The notes under the pieces were generated by a model. The model was not told the DNA's origin, did not search any database, and worked only from the letters and a program-made list of their open reading frames with translations. From Mayamaea pseudoterrestris (taxonomy: Eukaryota), in contig BROI01000008.1 of assembly GCA_027923505.1 (NCBI GenBank), positions 124,001-188,000 of the forward strand: 64,000 nucleotides of DNA, written 5' to 3'. Both the position numbers and the translations under genes were made by a program. Of this stretch, positions 29,101 to 38,600 are shown piece after piece (the first letter of the stretch is position 1; each line of letters opens with the position of its first letter).

Positions 29101-31848
29101 GGACTGCCTGGAGGCCTACAGCATGGAATGGTCTACAAGATGGGTGTGGCCAACACCCCAAATTATGGAATCATACCACTACAATGCCCCATGCCCTGGC
29201 CACCCAACAACCCAATGAGTTTTGCAAAACATGTCCAGGGTGTGCCATTGACATGAGGATGGGCTGAAATGGTGCAAAACGGACTGCCTGGAGGCCTACA
29301 CCATCTGCAAAATGGGTGTGGCCAACACCCAAAATTATGGAATCATACCACTACAATGCCCCATCCCCTGATCACCCAACAACCCAATGAGTCATGCAAA
29401 ACATGTCCAGGGTGTGCCATGGACATGAGGATGGTCTGACATGGTACAAAACGGACTGCCTGGAGGCCTACAGCATGGAATGGTCTACAAGATGGGTGTG
29501 GCCAACACCCCAAATTATGGAATCATACCACTACAATGCCCCATGCCCTGGCCACCCAACAACCCAATGAGTCAGGCAAAACATGTCCAGGGTGTGCCAT
29601 TGACATGAGGATGGGCTGAAATGGTGCAAAACGGACTGCCTGGAGGCCTACACCATCTGCAAAATGGGTGTGGCCAACACCCCAAATTATGGAATCATAC
29701 CACTACAATGCCCCGTCCCCTGATCACCCAACAACCCAATGAGTCATGCAAAACATGTCCAGGGTGTGCCATTGACATGAGGATGGTCTGACATGGTACA
29801 AAACGGACTGCCTGGAGGCCTACAGCATGGAATGGTCTACAAGATGGGTGTGGCCAACACCCAAAATTATGGAATCATACCACTACAATGCCCCATGCCC
29901 TGGCCACCCAACAACCCAATGAGTCAGGCAAAACATGTCCAGGGTGTGCCATTGACATGAGGATGGGCTGAAATGGTGCAAAACGGACTGCCTGGAGGCC
30001 TACACCATCTGCAAAATGGGTGTGGCCAACACCGCAAATTATGGAAACATACCACTACAATGCCCCATCCCCTGATCACCCAACAACCCAATGAGTCATG
30101 CAAAACATGTCCAGGGTGTGCCATTGACATGAGGATGGTCTGACATGGTACAAAACGGACTGCCTGGAGGCCTACAGCATGGAATGGTCTACAAGATGGG
30201 TGTGGCCAACACCCCAAATTATGGAATCATACCACTACAATGCCCCATGCCCTGGCCACCCAACAACCCAATGAGTCAGGCAAAACATGTCCAGGGTGTG
30301 CCATTGACATGAGGATGGGCTGAAATGGTGCAAAACGGACTGCCTGGAGGCCTACACCATCTGCAAAATGGGTGTGGCCAACACCCCAAATTATGGAATC
30401 ATACCACTACAATGCCCCGTCCCCTGATCACCCAACAACCCAATGAGTCATGCGAAACATGTCCAGGGTGTGCCATTGACATGAGGATGGTCTGAGATGG
30501 TACAAAACGGACTGCCTGGAGGCCTACAGCATGGAATGGTCTACAAGATGGGTGTGGCCAACACCCCAAATTATGGAATCATACCACTACAATGCCCCAT
30601 GCCCTGGCCACCCAACAACCCAATGAGTCAGGCAAAACATGTCCAGGGTGTGCCATTGACATGCGGATGGGCTGAAATGGTGCAAAACGGACTGCCTGGA
30701 GGCCTACGCCATCTGCAAAATGGGTGTGGCCAACTCCCCAAATTATGGAATCATACCACTACAATGCCCCGTCCCCTGATCACCCATCAACCCAATGAGT
30801 CATGCAAAACATGTCCAGGGTGTGCCATTGACATGAGGATGGTCTGACATGGTACAAAACGGACTGCCTGGAGGCCTACAGCATGGAATGGTCTACAAGA
30901 TGGGTGTGGCCAACACCCCAAATTATGGAATCATACCACTACAATGCCCCACGCCCTGGCCACCCAACAACCCAATGAGTCAGGCAAAACATGTCCAGGG
31001 TGTGCCATTGACATGCGGATGGGCTGAAATGGTGCAAAACGGACTGCCTGGAGGCCTACACCATCTGCAAAATGGGTTGTGGCCAACACCCCAAATTAAG
31101 GAATCATACCACTACAATGCCCCGTCCCCTGATCACCCAACAACCCAATGAGTCATGCAAAACATGTCCAGGGTGTGCCATTGACATGAGGATGGTCTGA
31201 CATGGTACAAAACGGACTGCCTGGAGGCCTACAGCATGGAATGGTCTACAAGATGGATGTGGCCAACACCCCAAATTATGGAATCATACCACTACAATGC
31301 CCCATGCCCTGGCCACCCAACAACCCAATGAGTCAGGCAAAACATGTCCAGGGTGTGCCATTGACATGAGGATGGGCTGAAATAGTGCAAAACGGACTGC
31401 CTGGAGGCCTACACCATCTGCAAAATGGGTGTGGCCAACACCGCAAATTATGGAATCATACCACTACAATGCCCCGTCCCCTGATCACCCAACAACCCAA
31501 TGAGTCATGCAAAACATGTCCAGGGTGTGCCATTGACATGAGGATGGTCTGACATGGTACAAAACGGACTGCCTGGAGGCCTACAGCATGGAATGGTCTA
31601 CAAGATGGGTGTGGCCAACACCCCAAATTATGGAATCATACCACTACAATGCCCCATGCCCTGGCCACCCAACAACCCAATGAGTCAGGCAAAACATGTC
31701 CAGGGTGTGCCATTGACATGAGGATGGGCTGAATTGGTGCAAAACGCACTGCCTGGAGGCCTACACCATCTGCAAAATGGGTGTGGCCAACACCACAAAT
31801 TATGGAATCATACCACTACAATGCCCCGTCCCCTGATCACCCAACAAC
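20111..31848. repeat. Satellite B: 352-bp dimeric higher-order repeat of alternating 180- and 172-bp monomers, about 33 dimers
   Basis: CACCCCAAATTATGG at 20701, 20881, 21053, 21233 (spacings 180/172/180). Monomers differ at diagnostic sites (CAGCATGGAATGGTCTACAAG vs CACCATCTGCAAA; CATGCCCTGGCC vs CGTCCCCTGATC). Confidence 0.97.
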
Positions 31849-32346
31849 CGGCCAGTCCTTTGTCCTAGCCGACATACCGGCTTGCTGTCATCCAGCCCAT
31901 CTAGGCAGCTAGCTAGTTGGAGAGACGAGTTGGTGTTAACAGGCAGTTTACTTGCCAGCCCCCCCAGGCCCAGTGTCGCGAGGGTGGGTGAGGAGGGTGA
32001 AGCTTATGAGACTATCTAATGAAGTACTGGAACTGCTTGACTCGGATGTCTGCAGTTGACTTCGTGCAACAGAATGAGGAGACGAGAATCGACGTCGCGA
32101 GGCTTTCGCCGCGCGGAGCGTAGTAAGGCGGTATCAGGTAAAGTCTCGAGTAGGTGCATGTGCTTCTTGGTGTTCAATTGTCCGGTGCGGCTTTCTTCCC
32201 CCTGCACCGGAATGACGGCCAGTCCTTTGTCCTAGCCGACATACCGGCTTGCTGTCATCCAGCCCATCTAGGCAGCTAGCTAGTTGGAGAGACGAGTTGG
32301 TGTTAACAGGCAGTTTACTTGCCAGCCCCCCCAGGCCCAGTGTCGC
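31849..32346. repeat. 131-bp direct repeat pair (31849-31979 and 32216-32346) around a 236-bp spacer at the satellite edge
   Basis: CGGCCAGTCCTTTG...CCCAGTGTCGC occurs twice, offset 367 bp. The first copy directly abuts satellite B. Confidence 0.9.
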
Positions 32347-32915
32347 TCCAACAGCCTCCCATTTCGGAGGAAGTCTGAGAAATCAGGCCACGACAAGTCT
32401 GGGTGGGAGCGAAGCGGGGAGGCACGAAGTGCGGGAAAGAAAGCGCGCGGGCGAGGGGCGCGAGACGGCGCGCGAGGAAATTACATGAGTGGAACGAAAT
32501 GGTTGAATCTTCTTGATGTGCATGGCAGCAGTAGAAGCTATGTACAGTTCAAAGCGTTGCAGAGGTGCTTGTTTCACTCGACTCGTCCCATGGTCGAATG
32601 GCAAAAGTCCGTTGATTGGATTCGATGGTGTCGTAGCGGTCGCGCCGGCCAGCTTTACCTACCGTATCGGCACCGGTAGGTTCTCCCACTCAGAGTTAAG
32701 GATTTGAAACATTGGCGAGATGCACTCGCGTCACCTTCACCATGAGATTGATGATGGAGACGAAGAGCACTCGCCCACTTCTTGACGGGACACTACTGAC
32801 GTAATCTTTGCAGAGAACCTTTAGCAATAATTTTGAACAAGAGGATTGGCGGCATATCGTTTTAACATATTCGCAGGTCATTATCGCCGCGAGGCTAAGA
32901 GGAAAGGCTTGTTCG

Positions 32916-33220
32916 AGTCGAAACAATTAAGGTTCAGGCCCTGCCAGTGTCCGTTTGTTTCGGTTGATCCTCATGGCTGGATATCTGTTAATATCCAGTA
33001 TCTGTGAATACTCAAGTTACTTAAGCTACAGAAGCAAGCCGACGTTACTAACACGTCGGCAACGGTCCCCTTAAAGTAGCGGTAACAACTAAATCAAATC
33101 ATTCTATTGCAAAGTACACGCAATCGTCTCGTTCCCCTCTTCTTACCAAGTTAGCAGACTGATCATCTCTCCTACTTGACCAGAGTACTCAAGGTAACTT
33201 CGACACAAGTTGCATTGATA
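32916..33220 (+). repeat. Copia 5' LTR (305 bp)
   Basis: AGTCGAAAC...GCATTGATA. Matches 40367-40667. Contains two 8-bp-stem inverted repeats (CTGGATAT/ATATCCAG, GCCGACGT/ACGTCGGC). Confidence 0.93.
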
Positions 33221-34917
33221 GGTTATTCGTCTCCAATCAGCCTACCGTGGCTACAAAATCTCGTTCTAGACCCCGAGAAAAGCATCATGTCTACCGACAA
33301 CAACGACACCGACACGGAGCAGTACTTCGACACTCCTCCTCCTAAACCCCGAGCTGGCTCTCCAACATCTGCTGCAGCCGATCTTGCCACGCTCATCACA
33401 GCTCTCAAGTCGATTCCATCCGACCAGCTTAAGATCCTCCTCCAAGCCGTCCAACCGACCGACGCGTCGTCTGGAGACTCCCCTCCCAAGTATGAAACCT
33501 CTATTCCAACGGCCAACGAATATGTTTCCCTCATTGGTGGTTACCTCGATGCCGAGCGCAAGATTGCCTTCTGTGGAGGCAAACCGAATCTTGACTACAC
33601 GCTCCCCCAAGTGCTCGAGGACGATCCGCTCGCCAAGCACATCCCCAAGACGCCAGCTTGTCACCGCGATTTGACAATGAAGCGTGCTGCTCAGGATTAC
33701 GCCATTCGCATTGCTTTCAAGCCTTCCATTGGCAAGTTAGAGAAGGCGATGCCGATGTTCGCCTGGGGCGAGCTCATCCTTCGTGCGCTTGAAACGACTG
33801 GCGGCGATTCCGTCACTTACTCGCTGTCGAGAGACAACAAGGCGCGCGTTAGTGTTTGTACCAACTTTGATGTACTCACGCTCGCTCACGTTATCGCTCA
33901 AAGCAAGAAGGATGTCGCCAATTGGCGTCCAATGGACCACGAGAACAGCTCGATGGCGTTGAGTTAGTGTTGAATCACTTGAGCACGGCGATCCAACAGA
34001 TTGTCGAGCCTCGCGAAGGAAGATGATACCTTCGCTATCTTCTTTATGCGCACGCTCAAGCCAACGCTGATCTTTCATCTGGCTCTGCCGACAAGATGAA
34101 GGCAGAGCTCCGTGCTTACAAATTGACCGACGTTTCCTACCAAGACGTTCACCATTTTGGTGCCAAGTTCCTCAACACTGAGCGCCAGCTTCACAATGGC
34201 AAACGCTGGGATCATGCGCTTGGATTGATCTTCATTAGAGAGCTCTCCAAGTGTCCATCGGAAGTTATGCGTGTAACGTTCATCGGCATTGGAGAACGGT
34301 ACGACACTGCTCTTCGTGAAATCAATCCCCTCTCCTACGACGAGCAGCGCTCTCGCATGTTCAGTTTAAACGTTCATATCTCCCAGCTGGTTGAACGCGC
34401 TGATGATCTTTACGCTCAGATCAAAGCAGTTGATGGAGGATGGCCTCCGCTTGTCAATATTGTCGACAAGAAAGCGCCCGATATCAACTCGTTGACGAAA
34501 CTCAGCCACGCCGAGCAAGCTGCTCTCATCTCAAGCGGCCAAGTTGACATCAACAATCTCGTTCAATCCAAGGTCAAAGAGCTCCGCACAAAGGACAAGA
34601 AGCAGTTGGAGGCTTACAAGAAGCGATTCGCCAAGCAGTCGCCAACTGGCGACACCAAGGCTCCAAACACGACTCCTTCTGGCGATTCCACCAAGACCGC
34701 CGAAAAGCGAGCTGAACGCCCTTTACCAGCATGGCGCACAAAGCCGCCTGCTGCCAACAATAAAGACGAAGTCAAGGAGGTTGGCAAGTACAAGTTCCAG
34801 TGGTGCGACAAGTGCTCCAAGTGGGTGTGGAATCATACGTCTGCAACTCACAAATCCAAGTCGCCCGAGGCAATAGCAGGTATGCAACAGAAAGTAGTAT
34901 CACTATGCCGTTAAAAG

Positions 34918-34973
34918 TAGCGCACCTCGGAATCGAACCAAGGATAACCGGCTATATCACCTCTAAACACGCT
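34918..34973 (-). ncRNA. 56-nt minimal tRNA-like module in TRIM 3' LTR (putative)
   Basis: Minus strand AGCGTGT-TTAGAGGTGATATAGCCGGTTATC-CTTGG TTCGATT CCGAG-GTGCGCT-A, followed by CTTTT. B box GGTTCGATTCC at 34939-34929. No full D or anticodon arm. Confidence 0.6.
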
Positions 34974-35387
34974 GCTACTTTTCCGTCTGCTAGTGTACTA
35001 TATGCTGCATACAAGGCACCATGCACTATGACAAGTAAAGGTATCGCTCTGGTTGCTGTTTTTCGTGTGCAACCTGCTACTCCCCTAGCTTTGCGCGTCA
35101 TAGTGCTAACTCGTCTTCCGTTTCAGCTGGCATTTTCGTCTCGCGGGGGAATGTCACTTTTCAGTTTTTCCTGCGGCGTTTCGGGCTCGGCGCATCTTTG
35201 TGCACTCCCCAGGGTCCGCGACTCCCCATCGTTCGTTCGTGACAAACCCGTGCAACCAGTGAATTTTTGCTTTTTCTTCGCTTGATTCGATCGCAACTCG
35301 AACCAGCAGCCTCAGTCCAGATCTCTCGATAGGGACGCTACCATAGCAGGTATGCAACAGAAAGTAGTATCACTATGCCGTTAAAAG

Positions 35388-35443
35388 TAGCGCACCTCGG
35401 AATCGAACCAAGGATAACCGGCTATATCACCTCTAAACACGCT
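35388..35443 (-). ncRNA. 56-nt minimal tRNA-like module in TRIM 5' LTR (identical copy, putative)
   Basis: Identical to 34918-34973, offset 470 bp. Lies about 45 nt upstream of the PBS on the minus strand. Confidence 0.6.
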
Positions 35444-35633
35444 GCTACTTTTCCGTCTGCTAGTGTACTATATGCTGCATACAAGGCACCATGCACTATG
35501 ACAAGTAAAGGTATCGCTCTGGTTGCTGTTTTTCGTGTGCAACCTGCTAGCAAACAACTTCATCCTTGCCGACTCCGCCAACGTGTTTGAAGAATTCACC
35601 GACTACGCTCCCTTCGCTGACAGTCAGGAATGA

Positions 35634-38600
35634 CTTGAATGCGGAAGGACGCCGCCTCTTCTTCTCTTTGTTCAAGCGTTTTGTTTCAAGACTGCCTTCG
35701 CCCGGTTCATCCTCAAGCCCGTCGCCGCCTTGCTCCTCTTGGCTGCTCTGAGTATGCTTCCTACCGTCCTACCGGCCGTCCTTGAATCAGTTTGCGCTTG
35801 CGCATTGAGTGGACTTGCGCTCAATCAATGGTTCTGGTCTTCGACTCTCGCCAACGCCTCTTCGTTTGCTTGCAATGCGCTCAGTCTTTCGCGCGCCGCG
35901 CTCGCTCTTCCAACGTTTCTTCGCTGGTTTTGGTTTGAGTTACTCACGACTACGCTCGAGAGGGAGATGATGTTGCTGTGGATGACAGTTATCCTCGAAG
36001 CATTAGCTCTTTCCTATCACCTTTCTCCGAGTCGTCCGCAACCAACTAGAGACAAGCTCCGTCAAAAACAAAAACACTACGACAAACGCAAGAACTCTAC
36101 TGACGAACGTCAACCTTCCGTCCAATCAAAACGCCGCATTCGCCAACAGAAACGATTGAAAAGAACGCTCCGTGTCCCACTCATCTATAGCTATCACCGT
36201 TCCTATCCAACAAGATTGCGCAGCGACGGCATCTATCGTCAAAGAGTCCATTGCCCTCGTTTCGAGACCCTTCCAGACGCCAAGACTGTTCCCATTGAAG
36301 TCATTAAAGGGTACAATGGCTTGTTTACGACCCTCGTCGAGTCCAAGGCATGCCGATGGATCGACAATCCCATCTCCCAATTTAATTCCCTCGTCGAGTA
36401 CCCCAGCCTCATGGATTACCTTGGCGCGCTCGCTCCACTCGAGTTCAACAACGTTACTTTCCAAGCAGACTCTACAGTCAATGACTTTGCCTTCTCTCCA
36501 AGCAATGCTGCACGATCCTCCACGTTCGAAATCATTCACGACAGCGGCGCTTCTGCAACCGTCGCCAATCACTTGGATGACTTCGTCCCTGGTACTTACC
36601 GCAAGAGCACAAAGAAGATCATTGCTAAAGGCCTCGCATCTGGATTGCAAGTAGTTGGCCATGGCATAATTGACTGGACCCTTGATGGCAACGATGGCAA
36701 GCCTCTACGAGTCCGTTGTCAAGCTCTCTACATACCCGACAGTCCGCGCAAGTTACTGTGTCCCCAACAGTACACTCGATATCACAAGCTACACGATCGC
36801 GAGGCGAATTTAACGTTTGCTATTAATGGAGAAGGATTCTGGTACTTTGATCTACACAAACAAGGACGCCCGTCCCTTCTTCACGGCTCGATCGATCCAG
36901 TCACCAACCTACCGACTTCTACAGCCATTGCAACTCAAGATAGTCCTGAAACCCTTCATGCTGAGTTTAATGCATGTGTAACAGACGCGCGAAACGCCAA
37001 CTTGTCGCCCGCGCAAAAGCTCCTTCTTCAATGGCATTTCAAGTGCGGCCACGCCAGCTTCCGCAGCATTCAAAACCTTCTACGCTCTGGTCGCCTCGCT
37101 ACAAGCGATGAGATGCGCAAACTCCATAAAGCAGCAGCCTCCTGTGAGATCCCGCGGTGCGCTGCTTGCGAGTTTGGCAAGGCAAAACGCCGACCCGCGC
37201 CCGGAACGAGTCGTCAACCAACGCCTCGAGCCGATGGATCGCTCAAGCAAGGAAAGCTTCGACCAGGACAACAAGTCTCCGTTGATCATTACATCTGCAG
37301 TCAAAAGGGACGCCTCTATACGTCTCGCGGCAAAACGTCGACCGACTCAATGTTCAGCGGTGGCGCGCTCTTTGTCGACCACGCAAGTGGATACGTCTTC
37401 GTCGACCATCAAGTTGTTATGAACACTCATGAAACTCTTCGCTCCAAGTGGAACTTTGAAAAGGTTGCAAGGGATTGCGGCGTTTCAATTGAAAGCTACT
37501 TGTCTGATAACGCTGCGTGTTTCACCAGTCACGAGTACACTGAGCATCTTTCCAAATTCAAGCAGACGACTGTCTTTGCAGGCGTCGGCGCACATCATCA
37601 AAACGGAATAGCAGAACGAAACATTCAAACCATTATGAATATGGCAAGAACGATGCTTATCCATGCTAACATGCATTGGACTGACGTTGATGATATGTCG
37701 CTCTGGCCGATGGCCGTCGACTACGCAGTTTACATCTTCAATCGAATGCCAAACGTCGCCACTGGCCAAGCTCCCATTGATATCTTCACTGGTACCATCT
37801 GGGCAAGTCACAAGTTCCATCATCTCCACGTTTTTGGATCGCCCGCCTACGTTCTTGATCCTCGCATGCAAGACGGCAAGTCCATTCCTCGTTGGAAAGT
37901 GCGCTCACGCCGCGGGATCTTTGTCGGCTTCTCCAGCAAGCACTCAGCTACCGTTCCACTTGTCCTCAATCTGAATACATTAACAATCAGTCCTCAGTAT
38001 CACGTTACGCATGACGATTGGTTTACCACAGTTGACGCTCTTCCTGATTCGCCTCCAAATTTTACGGACGACAGATGGACGAGTCTCTTTGCGACAAGCA
38101 AGTACATCTATCCGTTCGACGACGATGATCCCCTTCCTGCTCTCAATCCTGAGTGGGAGGACAACTTTGATGCCTCAGCTGCTCGCCAAGACGCTATACA
38201 TGCAGCACAGACTCCTTCTACTGCTCCAGTTTTACCTGCTCCCGCCGCTCCGCCCGCGGTTGCTCCAGTTCCTTCCAATGATTCTCCGCCCATCCCAGGC
38301 GCTCCGCCTACGAATCAGAGGGAGACAAGGCCTCCTGAAATTCATTCGCCTCAAGAAACTACAGAACCACAGCTTCAGAGGGAGCAGAGGGAGCATTTAG
38401 ATCACATTGATGGCAATCCTTTGCGCTCGTCCGCACCAACACCGCGTGTCGCAGCCGATGTCACAGTCAATCCCAGTCCACCAAACGCATCAAACGAGTC
38501 CACGATCCCGACGACAGCTCCCACGCTCGCACAACAACAACAACAAGCAAGTGATCCTCCTTTACGTCGCTCTGCACGTTTACGCGATCGTCCTCCTGAG

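Larger units (their letters stand above)
34874..35549 (-). mobile_element. Non-autonomous TRIM-like miniature LTR element (676 bp) nested antisense in Copia gag
   Basis: Two identical 206-bp direct repeats (34874-35079, 35344-35549), each TAGCAGGT...ACCTGCTA. GCAA duplicated at 34870-34873 and 35550-35553. Minus-strand PBS TGGTAGCGTCCCT (35343-35331) and PPT AGGGGAG (35086-35080) abut the LTRs. 264-bp non-coding interior. Confidence 0.9.
33287..35633 (+). pseudogene. gag: Copia gag, broken by frameshift/stop at ~33960-34095 and by the nested insertion at 34874-35549
   Basis: ATG 33287 (MSTDNND). ORFs 33176-33967 and 34096-34914. Zn-knuckle-like WCDKCSKWVWNHTSATH. Removing the insert plus one GCAA gives ...KSPEANNFILADSANVFEEFTDYAPFADSQE* ending at TGA 35631-35633. 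Confidence 0.8.

Noticed and set aside
21782..31151. Short ORFs in satellite B
   Set aside because: They appear only where point variants remove a stop in the repeat.
34918..34973. Bona fide tRNA gene
   Set aside because: Only 24 nt between acceptor and T stems, with no canonical D or anticodon arm. Reported as tRNA-like only.
34800..35751. Duplicated ORF MPLKVAHLGIEPRITG...
   Set aside because: It is the antisense translation of the two TRIM LTRs; GIEP is the usual reading of an antisense B box.
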